Assembly: GCA_965214935.1 (NCBI GenBank)
Contig: CBDCCS010000001.1
Span: forward strand, 64,001-128,000
Origin: Candidatus Velthaea sp.
GTDB taxonomy: Bacteria; Vulcanimicrobiota; Vulcanimicrobiia; Vulcanimicrobiales; Vulcanimicrobiaceae
DNA: 64,000 nt
Reading direction: 5' to 3'
The notes under the pieces were generated by a model. The model was not told where the DNA came from, made no database searches, and saw nothing but the letters and a program-made list of their open reading frames with translations. The position numbers were made by a program, and so were the translations under genes. Below, piece by piece: positions 29,762 to 40,263 of this stretch (position 1 is the first letter of the stretch; each line of letters opens with the position of its first letter).

Positions 29762-30633
29762 GCGCGGCTGCGGCGGCAGTCGCGCTTCTGTTCGCACTTC
29801 TGCTCGGTGTCATCCCGTTGCCGGCGTACGCGCACGCGCATAACGGCAGCGTAATGAAGTTTTTTTCCAATGCCACCGTTGGATCCGATGATACGGTCAA
29901 CGGTGACCTCACCGTGGTGTTCGGCGATGCGACCATCGCCGGCCACGTCACCGGGAATGTTACGGTCATCGGCGGGTCGTGTCAGGTGATCGGTTCGGGC
30001 ACGGTCGACGGCGACGAGCATTGCGCGTGGAGCGATGCAGCCGGAGCGCTCGAACCGCTCGTTTTTCCGGCCGGCAGCTCCGCGCAATTTGCCGCTGCAG
30101 ATCGCCGGCTATTTGTAAAAATAGCGTCGAACGCCGTTGTCGTCTTGGTTTTTCTACTTTTCCCCATGCGCATGCGATTCGCGCTCGATCGGGTCGAACG
30201 TCACCCGGGTCTTGCCGCGGCCGTCGGGATTGCGGCCTGCATCGCGGTCTTGCCGGTGGCGCTCTTGTTGCTTTTTACGATCGTCGGGATACCGCTCATC
30301 GTGCTGGAGATTGCCGGCGTTTTTGCCGCAGTGTGGCTTGGCACCGGAGCAGCGGCCTTACTGGTCGGACGCCGTCTCTGCGAACTGCTCGCACCGCGCA
30401 TGACACCGCCTCCGTTGGCAGCACTGCTACTCGGACTCATCGTAATCAGTGCCGCGGAGGTCGTTCCGTTCATCGGCTGGGCCGTAACCGCTCTCGTATG
30501 GCTGGTCAGCTTGGGAGCGGCGCTCCTTGCCTGGACATCGCCCGCGGGCGCGGCTGGGCTTTTCCGCCGTCCACCGGATGCACGGCCGCCGATCGGCGGT
30601 CCACCCATGAAGTCATCGAAGTCTTCGATTTAA
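29758..30633 (+). CDS. Membrane protein with N-terminal bactofilin-like beta-helix repeats
   Basis: TTG start overlaps the anti-sigma TGA; signal peptide, VNGDL/VTGNV/VDGD repeats, about 5 TM helices. Confidence 0.75.
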   Translation: MSAAAAAVALLFALLLGVIPLPAYAHAHNGSVMKFFSNATVGSDDTVNGDLTVVFGDATIAGHVTGNVTVIGGSCQVIGSGTVDGDEHCAWSDAAGALEPLVFPAGSSAQFAAADRRLFVKIASNAVVVLVFLLFPMRMRFALDRVERHPGLAAAVGIAACIAVLPVALLLLFTIVGIPLIVLEIAGVFAAVWLGTGAAALLVGRRLCELLAPRMTPPPLAALLLGLIVISAAEVVPFIGWAVTALVWLVSLGAALLAWTSPAGAAGLFRRPPDARPPIGGPPMKSSKSSI

Positions 30634-30793
30634 ATCCTATGGAAACGAAGTACAGGAACCTGGGCGTTTTTTGGAAACAAGGTTCTTAATAGTCGTCGTG
30701 TAGGTTGCCCCGGCCGGATCTCTTGAGCCGCGCACAGCACAGCGCACCGAACGCCTAGTAACCCGGATAACGACTCAAGCGAGAATTGCCGAC

Positions 30794-30952
30794 ATGTTTA
30801 ACGTGAATCTATCGTTTATCGCCCTTGGTCTTGGGGGCTGCTTCTGCTATGTGTACTCGATGTCTGCGCTCGGACGTATGTTAGCAGCGTGCCGCGAAGC
30901 AACGTCGATGCCCTACCCCGCATCCGCCGCGAATCGTACGCTGCGAGCCTAG
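30794..30952 (+). CDS. Small single-TM peptide A (52 aa), paralogue of 31219-31395
   Basis: Manual translation MFNVNLSFIALGLGGCFCYVYSMSALGRMLAACREATSMPYPASAANRTLRA*; below the ORF-track length cutoff. Confidence 0.7.
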   Translation: MFNVNLSFIALGLGGCFCYVYSMSALGRMLAACREATSMPYPASAANRTLRA

Positions 30953-31218
30953 CCGGGTAAGCCGCGCACAAGCGCGGTTGCGGTCCGGTTGAGACGTGCG
31001 ACGTAAAACGGCTGCCGTTCGCTCAAAGCGTTCGGCGCTACGCGTCTATCGCTTAACGCAAACAGTATCGACGTAAATGCGCCGTTTGTCGGTTGAGATT
31101 TCCGGGGTGCGTCGGGCTAGCCGGTAGTTCGCCTCAGGCGGCCTCCCCTTTCGGCCCTAAGCCGATTGATTTTGCAATGATACGAGTAGGTGATTCACCG
31201 GAACTAAGGACGTCGTCT

Positions 31219-31395
31219 ATGAACGGACAGGTCATTCTTCTGACCATCACCGGTCTTGCTGCATACGTTTACTGTATGTCGGCGCTCGGCAAGTGGCTGC
31301 GACGTTGCGCCGACGCCTCGTCGGCCGTCGCCGGGGCGCAGACACCCCTACGCGCTAGCGTGGACGCGACCGCGCGAGAGAAAATCGCTTCGTAG
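31219..31395 (+). CDS. Small single-TM peptide B (58 aa)
   Basis: AAGGA RBS and ATG at 31219; MNGQVILLTITGLAAYVYCMSALGKWLRRCADASS... shares YVYxMSALG with peptide A. Confidence 0.72.
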   Translation: MNGQVILLTITGLAAYVYCMSALGKWLRRCADASSAVAGAQTPLRASVDATAREKIAS

Positions 31396-31473
31396 CAGCG
31401 CGCTATTGGGCGAAAGGCGCACCCGCCGGCGTCACGAATCGACCCGCACACCCCTGCTGCATCGGAGGTCCTC

Positions 31474-31878
31474 GTGGGTCTTGTCGTGACTGGAATATCG
31501 GCGAACGGCGACATCAAGGCACTCGAAGTACTGCTCAAAGATGCCGGTTTGCCGCTCGATCCGATTCAATTGATCTCCGGGGAAGATTCCACCGAAGGCG
31601 TCGCGCGGCGCCAAATGGGTGCCCGGCTCATGACCGGCGACCGGGGCGGCTATGTGCCGGGCATCAATAACTCAGGCTCCGGGCTGTCCTACTTTCGCAA
31701 TGAGTCGCTCTCCGATCGGCTCGGGGATCTCGAAATTCCGGATTCCGAAGTCGATAATTACGTACAAGCGCTAGAAGCCGGCCGCAGCGTTGTCGCTTAT
31801 TACGCGAAGCCGCAAAGCTTATCTCAAGTTGAGGAGATCTTTCGTACGTCCGGTCTTGCGAAAGTTAAAGTTTTCTAA
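31474..31878 (+). CDS. Hypothetical protein, general-stress-protein-like C-terminus
   Basis: GGAGG RBS and GTG; L.DL.IP..EV..Y..ALEAGR.VV pattern. Confidence 0.7.
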   Translation: MGLVVTGISANGDIKALEVLLKDAGLPLDPIQLISGEDSTEGVARRQMGARLMTGDRGGYVPGINNSGSGLSYFRNESLSDRLGDLEIPDSEVDNYVQALEAGRSVVAYYAKPQSLSQVEEIFRTSGLAKVKVF

Positions 31879-32165
31879 TTGGCGATAAGCGGTAAGGCAG
31901 CGCCAAGGTAGTTAAACCGGACGTCAAGGCGGCTAATTTATTTGTCTCGTACCGGGAGATTTGAGCCGCTTTAGCGCATAAGCACTGTAGCGCCGCTGGA
32001 GTTGGGCCGCACTCGAAATTGGTCGAGCAACGCAGCTAATTTTAGCGGACAATTAATTAAGCAACCGTGCGCTACACGTTTAAGTTAATGATGATTTCCG
32101 AGCTCGGTTCAAAACAGTCGTCGGCGGCGGTAAAGCGGGTAAACGTCGGATCAGGGGGATCCAGT

Positions 32166-33497
32166 ATGAAACAAATCGCTATCATCGGCACAGGTTACGT
32201 CGGGCTTGTCACCGGTACATGTTTTGCAGAACTCGGCAACTCGGTCGTTTGCCTTGACAACGATGCACAGAAGATCGCCGTCCTCAAACGCGGCGAAGCA
32301 CCGTTTTTCGAGCCGCAATTGCTCGAGATGATCGTACGCAATCAACACGCCGGCCGGTTATCGTTCTCGAACGATGTCGAAGCGGGTGTCCGCAATTCAG
32401 AAATCGTTTTCATCGCCGTCGGCACGCCGATGGGCGCGGACGGCAATGCAGACTTGTCGGCCGTCCGCGCAGTGGCCGCAACGATCGGCCGGGCGCTCAA
32501 CGGACCCAAGATCGTCGTATCGAAGTCGACGGTGCCGGTTGAAACCGGCGAGATGGTCTCTTCGATCATCGCCGAGAACGCCAGCGAATCGCATCAAGTC
32601 GATGTCGTGAGCAACCCCGAATTCTTGCGTGAAGGCTCGGCGGTCAGCGACTTCATGCAACCCGACCGAATCGTCGTCGGCACGGGAAGTCAACAGGCCG
32701 AAGCGGTCATGCGCGACCTCTACGCGCCGCTCGACGCACCGTTCGTGGTAACGAACGTGCGGACAAGCGAAATGATTAAGTACGCCGCCAACGCGTTTTT
32801 AGCGACGAAGATTTCATTCATGAACGAGATCGCCAACATTTGCGAACTCGTTGACGTCGATGTGAAAGCTGTCGGCCGCGGCATCGGCTTCGATCACCGG
32901 ATCGGTACGCAATTCATGAGCCCGGGCATCGGTTACGGGGGATCGTGTTTTCCCAAAGACGTCCGAGCGCTTGAAAAAATTGCGGACGGACGCAGCTACG
33001 ACGCGACGCTCCTGCGGTCGGTCGAGACCGTGAACCGCGGTCAGATTCAACGGACGTTCGGCAAGATCGAAAAGGCGCTCGGCGGTTCCGTTAGCGGCAA
33101 GTCGATCGGCGTACTTGGCCTTGCGTTCAAACCCAACACGGACGACGTCCGTGAAGCGCCTGCACTGCATGTCATCGATCTGCTCATTAAAGCCGGCGCC
33201 TCCGTGCGCGCGCACGATCCGATCGCCGTCGAACCGGCCAAGCGCGAAGCCGGCAATACCATCGCCTATTGCGATCAGCTGTATGAAGCCATCGACGAAG
33301 TCGACGTGCTTCTGCTGGCAACGGAATGGAATGAATATAAGAATATCGACTTCCGGATGGTGCGCAAACTCATGCGCGGCAACGTCGTTTTCGACGGACG
33401 CAATATCTTCGACCCTGAGAAAGTTGTCGCCGAGGGTTTACGATATATCGGCGTTGGTCGAGCGAAGGAACCGGCACTCGTCCCGGTCGGCGTCTAG
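32166..33497 (+). CDS. ugd: UDP-glucose 6-dehydrogenase
   Basis: IGTGYVGL, KSTVP, NPEFLREG, GGSCFPKD, GLAFKPNTDD and DGRN motifs. Confidence 0.95.
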   Translation: MKQIAIIGTGYVGLVTGTCFAELGNSVVCLDNDAQKIAVLKRGEAPFFEPQLLEMIVRNQHAGRLSFSNDVEAGVRNSEIVFIAVGTPMGADGNADLSAVRAVAATIGRALNGPKIVVSKSTVPVETGEMVSSIIAENASESHQVDVVSNPEFLREGSAVSDFMQPDRIVVGTGSQQAEAVMRDLYAPLDAPFVVTNVRTSEMIKYAANAFLATKISFMNEIANICELVDVDVKAVGRGIGFDHRIGTQFMSPGIGYGGSCFPKDVRALEKIADGRSYDATLLRSVETVNRGQIQRTFGKIEKALGGSVSGKSIGVLGLAFKPNTDDVREAPALHVIDLLIKAGASVRAHDPIAVEPAKREAGNTIAYCDQLYEAIDEVDVLLLATEWNEYKNIDFRMVRKLMRGNVVFDGRNIFDPEKVVAEGLRYIGVGRAKEPALVPVGV

Positions 33498-33528
33498 CGC
33501 ATATCTCGTCGAACGACCGATGATTAAC

Positions 33529-33559
33529 AAACACCGCCGGCTCAAGCCGGCGGTGTTTT
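33529..33559. terminator. Bidirectional Rho-independent terminator between convergent ugd and uxs
   Basis: AAACACCGCCGGC-TCAA-GCCGGCGGTGTTTT. Confidence 0.85.
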
Positions 33560-33642
33560 CCTATCGGGGCCGCCGGCACGACCCGCAGGCCGAGCGATAA
33601 CGTTGCCCGGACATCGAAGCCGCCGGTTACTGCTCTACATGT

Positions 33643-34599
33643 TCAATTTGTGACGGGCAGATAGCGGCGAAAATATTCGAGCGTCGATACGAGTCCGTCG
33701 CGAAGTGCGATCTTCGGCTCCCATTCGAGCAGCGTACGCGCTAGCGTAATATCAGGTTTGCGTCGTGTCGGGTCGTCCGGCGGCAGTTCTCGCTCGACGA
33801 CGTAGAGTTGCACGCCGGCAATTTCGGCGACGATTTGAGCCAACTCAGCGATCGTAAATTCGACCGGATTGCCGACGTTGACAATGCGGCCCATCAGGCC
33901 GTCACGCTTCGCCAGCCGCACGATGCCGTCGATCAGATCGCTTACGTAACAAAAGCTGCGCGTTTGCCGTCCGTCGCCAAAAACCGTCAGCGGCTCGCCG
34001 CGCAGCGCCGATAAACAAAAGCTCGGGATGACTCGGCCATCTCCGGGCTGCATGCGCGGGCCGTAGGTGTTGAAGATACGAACGATGCGACCGTCAATGC
34101 CGAGTTTTCGAACGGCGGATGTGAGATACGCCTCACCGTAGCGCTTGGCTTCATCGTAACACGCGCGGACGCCGACCGGGTTGACGTTACCCCAGTAGCT
34201 TTCGCGTTGCGGATGCTCGAGCGGATCGCCATACGTTTCGGACGTCGAGGCGAAAAAAATGCGCGCACGCGATGCGGCGGCGAGTTCGACGGCATGCATG
34301 ACGCCCAGCGCGTTCACCGCCATCGTTGCAAGCGGTTCGCGGCCGTAATCGACCGGACTCGCCGGCGATGCGAAGTGCATGATGAGATCGGGTTTCGCCA
34401 ACTCGGCCGCCCACGTCCAAGGTAATGAAACATCGGCAGTAATGAACGAAAATGCGTCGCGTGCGCGCAAGTGTTCGAGATTTGCGGCTGATCCGGTCAC
34501 AAAATTATCGATACCGACAACGGTGTCGCCGTCCGCGAGCAATCGGTCGACGAGATGTGAGCCGAGAAAGCCGGCAGCTCCTGTGACGAATACACGCAT
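33643..34599 (-). CDS. UDP-glucuronate decarboxylase (UDP-xylose synthase) family
   Basis: TGAAGFLGSHL, ASPASP, STSETYGDP, YWGNVNP.G.RACYDEAKR, RIFNTYGP. Confidence 0.9.
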   Translation of the reverse strand: MRVFVTGAAGFLGSHLVDRLLADGDTVVGIDNFVTGSAANLEHLRARDAFSFITADVSLPWTWAAELAKPDLIMHFASPASPVDYGREPLATMAVNALGVMHAVELAAASRARIFFASTSETYGDPLEHPQRESYWGNVNPVGVRACYDEAKRYGEAYLTSAVRKLGIDGRIVRIFNTYGPRMQPGDGRVIPSFCLSALRGEPLTVFGDGRQTRSFCYVSDLIDGIVRLAKRDGLMGRIVNVGNPVEFTIAELAQIVAEIAGVQLYVVERELPPDDPTRRKPDITLARTLLEWEPKIALRDGLVSTLEYFRRYLPVTN

Positions 34600-34659
34600 T
34601 TTTATCGGGTTCGGGCTTTGGCCGGCTTTTCTTTGCCCGCCGTAAGCAGCTAATTGCGG

Positions 34660-35757
34660 CTAAACGTCTGCCACGGCGAAGAGATGATTGAATATCGGTA
34701 AGCCGTCAACCGCCGATACTCGCTCGAGCGGACCGTAGGCGAACACTTCCACCTGTGAAAACGCCGAGCGCAACGCAGTCGTGAAACTCCGATGCGTAAA
34801 AAAACTCTTATGATCGCTTTCAAGCATGTGCCAGGGAATTGTATATTGCGAAAACATCATGGGTATCGACTCGAAGCTCGGTACGGAAAATAGCGCACGC
34901 CGCTTGACGACCCGTCGAACTTCGGCAACAAAGCCAATGTAATCATCGATGTGCTCGAGTACTTCGATGCAGATTGCCGCATCGTACGATGCATCGGCCA
35001 ACGGCAGCCGTTCGCCGTCAACCGGTATCGAGCGCAAGCCGAGCGCGGAGACGACGTCGCAAAAATCCGTTCGGACTTCGCAACCCGTCCAATCGTAGCC
35101 ATCCGGCGTTAAGACTCTTCCATAAGCACCGATGCCGCAGCCGACATCGATAATTCGTTCGTCGCGTCGCAGGTAGCGTCGAATCAGTTGAACGGCAAGT
35201 GGATCCGCCGCGGCGGACGGTGGACCGCTGCCGTAGACATCGTTACGCCGCAAAACGGTCTCCGCATTATCGGCAAACACTTCGCCATGCGAACACAGCC
35301 GGTAGTCAACGTCCGAAAAACGCAACCAGCGTTCACCGATCGTTATACGTTCGCTGGTCTCGGACTGCGCCGTAACCGTCAGACGTATTGTTTTTCGCTC
35401 GCGCAACCGCTCGGGAACAAGACACGTAAAAGCAAAGCCGGACTCGGCGGCTTGCGGTACGCCAAGGGCGTCCCCAACATCCGAGCGCTCGAACGTCACG
35501 GAACTTGCACTTACCATTTCGCCGTCGATGAACGCCTCGACACGCCGCAAGTCGGATCGATCGGCAAACGCCCACCCGGTCGTGAGGAAACCGTGGCGCT
35601 GCACGAGATCGCCGTCAGCGGGCAAGTCCACGTGTCCACGAACCGTCGGCGCCAAGCGCGAAGCGGAACCAAGAACGGAACGGCCAAAGCGTATCATCCG
35701 GCGCTGCGCGGCGCCTCGCGCAAAGACATCATGGGCAGTAAGCGCGCGACCCTGCAT
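34660..35757 (-). CDS. Class I SAM methyltransferase with N-terminal Ig-like (GWA..RxDV) domain
   Basis: IIDVGCGIG and CIEVLEH; N-domain TTGWAF...RSDVG...SGFAF. Confidence 0.8.
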   Translation of the reverse strand: MQGRALTAHDVFARGAAQRRMIRFGRSVLGSASRLAPTVRGHVDLPADGDLVQRHGFLTTGWAFADRSDLRRVEAFIDGEMVSASSVTFERSDVGDALGVPQAAESGFAFTCLVPERLRERKTIRLTVTAQSETSERITIGERWLRFSDVDYRLCSHGEVFADNAETVLRRNDVYGSGPPSAAADPLAVQLIRRYLRRDERIIDVGCGIGAYGRVLTPDGYDWTGCEVRTDFCDVVSALGLRSIPVDGERLPLADASYDAAICIEVLEHIDDYIGFVAEVRRVVKRRALFSVPSFESIPMMFSQYTIPWHMLESDHKSFFTHRSFTTALRSAFSQVEVFAYGPLERVSAVDGLPIFNHLFAVADV

Positions 35758-35787
35758 CGAGCGATCGGCCTTGTCGGGATGCCCGCC

Positions 35788-36576
35788 CTAAGCACTATTG
35801 ACGTTGTGTCTGCCGGTCGAAAGAGCCGGCGTTTGCGGTCGAGACCGCCGGTAATCGCCGCGTGATAACGTGCGCTCGATCAAGGCATAAAGAACGATGA
35901 ACAAGTACCGGCTGCCCATTTCCTTTACTTTGAATTTTGAGACGCCCTCTTTCCGGTTGTACCAGTTCGTCGGAACGACCGTCCATGAATAGCCGCGTAC
36001 GATCGCTTTGAGCGGCAATTCGACGGTAATGTTGAAATGGTGCGATAGAATCGGACGAATGCCGTCAACGACTTCGCGCCGAAAGCACTTAAAGGCGTTC
36101 GTCATGTCATTGTAGCGAACGCCGAAGCAAATTGCCACAAACGTGTTTGCCAGCCTGTTCAACGTGAGCTTAAGCCGCGGGTACTCGACGACTTTGGCAC
36201 CCGGCATGAAACGCGAACCGAAAACGCAATCGTAGCCTTGCAGTAGCGTCCGCCAATAGCTGACGATGTCGCGCGGATCATCGGATGCATCGGCCATAAC
36301 GATAACGACGGCATCGCCGCGAAACACATCGAGCCCGGTATGGATCGCATTACCAAAGCCGTTGCACCGCGTGTTTGCAACGCAACGAACCGACGGCCAA
36401 TCGATGGCGACTTCTTCGACGACCGCGGCGGTACCATCGACTGAATGATCGTCGACCACCACGATCTCGAAATTGATGCGTTCGGCGCTCAAGGTTCGAG
36501 CGATGCCGACGAGCGTCGCAGCAATGCTCGCTTCTTCGTTGTATGCCGGAATAACGACTGACAGCAGATCGGTCAT
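35788..36576 (-). CDS. GT2 glycosyltransferase (polyprenyl-phosphate glycosyltransferase-like)
   Basis: [29 protein letters not shown]. Confidence 0.9.
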   Translation of the reverse strand: MTDLLSVVIPAYNEEASIAATLVGIARTLSAERINFEIVVVDDHSVDGTAAVVEEVAIDWPSVRCVANTRCNGFGNAIHTGLDVFRGDAVVIVMADASDDPRDIVSYWRTLLQGYDCVFGSRFMPGAKVVEYPRLKLTLNRLANTFVAICFGVRYNDMTNAFKCFRREVVDGIRPILSHHFNITVELPLKAIVRGYSWTVVPTNWYNRKEGVSKFKVKEMGSRYLFIVLYALIERTLSRGDYRRSRPQTPALSTGRHNVNSA

Positions 36577-37664
36577 GCGAGGTTGAGCGCCTTGTCCGGC
36601 GATGCCCAGCGGTCCGCGTTCTTTTCATAGATTTCCGTGAGCAACTGCTGCAGATTGTAGCGCTGCTTCCAGTTCGGATAATGGCGCGCAAATTTACCGG
36701 CGTCGGAAATATACCAGATGTGATCGCCGACGCGGTTCGTCTCCGTGTAAGTCCATTCCAGTTTTTGGCCGGCAATCGACTCGCAGAGATCGATCGCTTC
36801 GATCATCGAGCAATTACTAAACCGCGTACCGCCCATGTTATAAACCTCACCCGATCGCGGTGCGCGAAAGAACTCATCGAAAGCGGCAACGAGATCGGCG
36901 CTATGTATGTTATCGCGGACTTGTTTGCCTTTGTAACCAAAAACCGTATACGGCTCCCGCGTCGCAACGCACTTCATGAGATAAGCGAGAAAACCGTGCA
37001 ACTTCGTACCGGAATGATTCGGTCCGGTTAAGCATCCGCCCCGGAACACCGCCGTCGCCATTGAAAAGTAACGACCGTACTCTTGAACGAGCACGTCCGC
37101 TGCGACTTTCGATGCGCCGAATACCGAGTGAATCGACTGATCGATCGACATTGTCTCGTCGATGCCGTTCCAGAACTTATGGGCCGGGTCGATCTCCCAA
37201 CGGGTATCGAGTTCTTGCAGCGGCAGGGTGTTGGGCGTATCTCCGTAGACTTTGTTTGTTGAGGTGAAGATAAACGGAGCGCGCGGCGCAAATTTTCGGG
37301 TTGCTTCGAGCAATGCTAGGGTGCCGTTCGCGTTGACCGTAAAGTCCATCTGCGGATCGTTGGCGGCCCAATCGTGGGACGGCTGAGCGGCGGTATGAAT
37401 GACAAGCTTAATTCGGGCGCCGATGCTCTCGAATAAGTCGCCCATCGCCGTCGCATCGCGAATATCTGCGTTGACATGCCGGTACCGATCGGGAAATCTT
37501 GACTCGAGGGAACGCCGATTCCAAGCCGTCGAGGCCGCCGCTCCAAAGAACACTTGACGGAAGTCGTTATCGATTCCGACCACGTCGAATCCGCGCTCCG
37601 CAAAATATGCGACCGACTCGGAGCCGATCAAACCTGCGGATCCGGTAATGATAACAACCGACAT
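36573..37664 (-). CDS. Nucleotide-sugar epimerase, CDP-paratose 2-epimerase-like
   Basis: [40 protein letters not shown]. Confidence 0.85.
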   Translation of the reverse strand: MSVVIITGSAGLIGSESVAYFAERGFDVVGIDNDFRQVFFGAAASTAWNRRSLESRFPDRYRHVNADIRDATAMGDLFESIGARIKLVIHTAAQPSHDWAANDPQMDFTVNANGTLALLEATRKFAPRAPFIFTSTNKVYGDTPNTLPLQELDTRWEIDPAHKFWNGIDETMSIDQSIHSVFGASKVAADVLVQEYGRYFSMATAVFRGGCLTGPNHSGTKLHGFLAYLMKCVATREPYTVFGYKGKQVRDNIHSADLVAAFDEFFRAPRSGEVYNMGGTRFSNCSMIEAIDLCESIAGQKLEWTYTETNRVGDHIWYISDAGKFARHYPNWKQRYNLQQLLTEIYEKNADRWASPDKALNLA

Positions 37665-37693
37665 TGTTAGGTCCCTGAGCCTTTCGTTGAGTA

Positions 37694-38767
37694 TTAGCGC
37701 CAGAGCGGCCCGACTAGCGACTCGTTCGCATGGATCCAATCAAATATCTCGCCCATGATCGCGCGCGGCGTCCGTGCCGGCGCCCATTGCGTGTCCTGCG
37801 ATACGCGCGCATTATCGGTGACGTAAATCTTCACATCGAGCGGACGATTCTCCGGCACGCCGTCGATTGCAACCTTATTACCGCTTATCTCTTGGCACAG
37901 AGCCGTAGTCTCGCGCAACGACAGGCTCGAAGCAACGCCACCCCCGACGTTGTAAACGCGATGCGGCAAGGCCGCCAAGTCGACCAACTGCGTCTCGATT
38001 AAGTCCGCGAGATCTTGTGCGGACAGGAGATCGCGAACTTGCTTGCCCGTCCCGCCGTAGCCGATATATTTAAGCGGCTGTGCGAAATAGTGCTTTCCCA
38101 TCCACAGCGCGAAAACGCCTTGGTCCGCTTTACCCATTTGCCACGGACCGGTGATCACACCGCACCGATTGATGACATACTGCAGGCCGTACATGTCGGC
38201 ATATTCCTCGATGAGGAGTTCCGAACAGAGCTTCGTCGTCCCGTAAAGCGAGCGCGCACCATCTAGAGGGAATGCCTCTGAAATACCGGCAGCGCTGACG
38301 CCGGCGAGCGTTTGGTGCACGGCGATATCAAATCGATCTTCGCTCTCATCAACGGCGATCGCCTCGATTTGCGATATCGGATAGACGCGGCTGGTCGACA
38401 GAAACACAATATCAGCCGATGTCCGGCGAGCCACTTCCAAACAGTTCACGGTGCCGAGTAAGTTCGTGTTGATGAGGTAGATCGGACCGGCGACGCCCGC
38501 CAGAACAGACGGCTCGGCCGAGCACTCCACGATCAAGTCAAAGTCAAGACCACTAAACGCAAGGTCCTCGGCGTTGCGCACGTCGGCATGAACGAACTCG
38601 ATTCGATGTTCGGCCAAGCGAGGCAGGTTGAACTCAGAACCGCGACGCTTGATACTATCCGCGACGACGATGCGAGCGGCCGGGAACCGCCGGCGGAGTC
38701 GAAGCGCAAGGGTCGAACCGACAAAGCCGGCGCCGCCCGTCACGAGAATCGTTGCGTATTGCTTCAT
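37694..38767 (-). CDS. Nucleotide-sugar epimerase/dehydratase, second CDP-paratose-epimerase-like SDR
   Basis: [33 protein letters not shown]. Confidence 0.85.
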   Translation of the reverse strand: MKQYATILVTGGAGFVGSTLALRLRRRFPAARIVVADSIKRRGSEFNLPRLAEHRIEFVHADVRNAEDLAFSGLDFDLIVECSAEPSVLAGVAGPIYLINTNLLGTVNCLEVARRTSADIVFLSTSRVYPISQIEAIAVDESEDRFDIAVHQTLAGVSAAGISEAFPLDGARSLYGTTKLCSELLIEEYADMYGLQYVINRCGVITGPWQMGKADQGVFALWMGKHYFAQPLKYIGYGGTGKQVRDLLSAQDLADLIETQLVDLAALPHRVYNVGGGVASSLSLRETTALCQEISGNKVAIDGVPENRPLDVKIYVTDNARVSQDTQWAPARTPRAIMGEIFDWIHANESLVGPLWR

Positions 38768-38912
38768 CGGCGTCGTAAGGGTGGCAATCCATCTCCTTTC
38801 CGCCATGATGGTCGCCGCGAGTCTGCGAATCCTCCGGTGAACGATGCACTTGCAAGCGGAATGCACGTCCGAATCCGCCAAAGTGCGCTGCGTGCGCGAT
38901 TGCGACGTTTCG

Positions 38913-39584
38913 ATGGTGCAAAACCGACAAGCAAGTGAACTCGAGCGTCAATATCGCCGTCGCTTCGACGCGCAACTGACGTATCGAAATGCGGTTTGGC
39001 AAATTCTCACCGCGAATTTCTTCCAGCGTTTCGTCGCGCCGGAAGCGACGGTGTTGGATTTAGGTTGCGGTTACGGTCAGTTCATCAATAACATCGTGTC
39101 GCGACATAAACATGCCATGGACCTAAATCCGGGCGCCCGCGCGTACCTAGACCCGAGCGTGCATTTCATCGAACAGGATTGTGCGGTGCGCTGGCCGTTT
39201 GAAGATGGCGTGCTCGACTGCGTGTTTACCAGTAACTTCCTCGAACACTTACCCGATAAGACGTTCGTTACCCGAGCGCTTGCCGAAGCTCGCCGGTGTT
39301 TGGCGCCGTCAGGCACGATCGTTTGTCTGGGTCCGAACATTCGCTACGTGCCGGGCGCGTATTGGGATTTCTGGGATCATCACGTCGCCTTGAGCGATCG
39401 CAGCATCAGCGAGATACTCGAACTTTCCGGCTTCCGCGTAACCCACGCAATTCCGCGCTTCCTACCCTTTACGATGGCGGATGGTCCACCCGCTCCGCTT
39501 GCATTCGTTCGGGCATATCTGCGTTTACCCGTCGCATGGCCGATCTTCGGCCGGCAGTTTCTCGTCGCCGCACAAGCCGTATAA
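38913..39584 (+). CDS. Class I SAM-dependent methyltransferase
   Basis: VLDLGCGYG, FTSNFLEH, YWDFWDH. Confidence 0.88.
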   Translation: MVQNRQASELERQYRRRFDAQLTYRNAVWQILTANFFQRFVAPEATVLDLGCGYGQFINNIVSRHKHAMDLNPGARAYLDPSVHFIEQDCAVRWPFEDGVLDCVFTSNFLEHLPDKTFVTRALAEARRCLAPSGTIVCLGPNIRYVPGAYWDFWDHHVALSDRSISEILELSGFRVTHAIPRFLPFTMADGPPAPLAFVRAYLRLPVAWPIFGRQFLVAAQAV

Positions 39585-39690
39585 TTGTGAGCTGCGTGCC
39601 GTGAATGAAGTCAGTCACACCAACACCGCGCGTTAGCTGCGGCGATCGTGCGAAAAAGGTACTCGACCCGGCTGCACCCAAAAAGTTTAC

Positions 39691-40263
39691 GTGCCGCGCT
39701 GGACTCAGACGATCTTAATAGTGATGGCAATTTTGATGCTAGTTTTTGCGGGGTTGATGCAGTCTGACGCGCCTTTCTTGAGCCGTCATGCTCGTGAAAT
39801 TATCACCGCCGGCGGCGCATTGCCGTCGCTTGAAGCCGTCGAACATCTGCCGCGCGGCGATCAAGATGTAACCGACTCGATCGACGTTATTAGCGAGGGC
39901 GCACAACACCTTATCGTCGCCGGACGCGTTATACGAAGCGTTCGGTTCAATCGCACGGCAGCACTGGTCGTTGACGGCTGGGCGATTGACGCGCGTACAC
40001 GTCGACCAGCCGCAGCAGTGGCAGCGCTCATCGACGGGCGCGCGATAGCGCTGGCACGAACCGGCCCCGCTCGTCCAGATGTCGCGAACGCAATGCACAA
40101 CGTCGCCTATGTCGCTAGCGGCTTTCATCTCGAGATCCCGGCGGCTTTGGTTGCGCCCGGCCGCCACCGGCTAAGCTTCCTCGTCGTCGACGCTCAGCGA
40201 GATGCGACCGTACTCGCGGGTGCCAATTACGTTATTGATGCTCAGCGAAACGGGCCCACGTGA
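39691..40263 (+). CDS. Membrane-anchored protein with GWA..RPDV Ig-like domain
   Basis: N-terminal TM; VDGWAID...RPDVA...SGF...PGRH. Confidence 0.7.
   Translation: MPRWTQTILIVMAILMLVFAGLMQSDAPFLSRHAREIITAGGALPSLEAVEHLPRGDQDVTDSIDVISEGAQHLIVAGRVIRSVRFNRTAALVVDGWAIDARTRRPAAAVAALIDGRAIALARTGPARPDVANAMHNVAYVASGFHLEIPAALVAPGRHRLSFLVVDAQRDATVLAGANYVIDAQRNGPT

Noticed and set aside
30740..30785. CCGAAC...TAACCCGG resembling the 3' end of a c-di-AMP (ydaO) riboswitch
   Set aside because: The conserved 5' elements (GCTGAATCC, GGGGGAACC, GGGGTGAAT) are absent.
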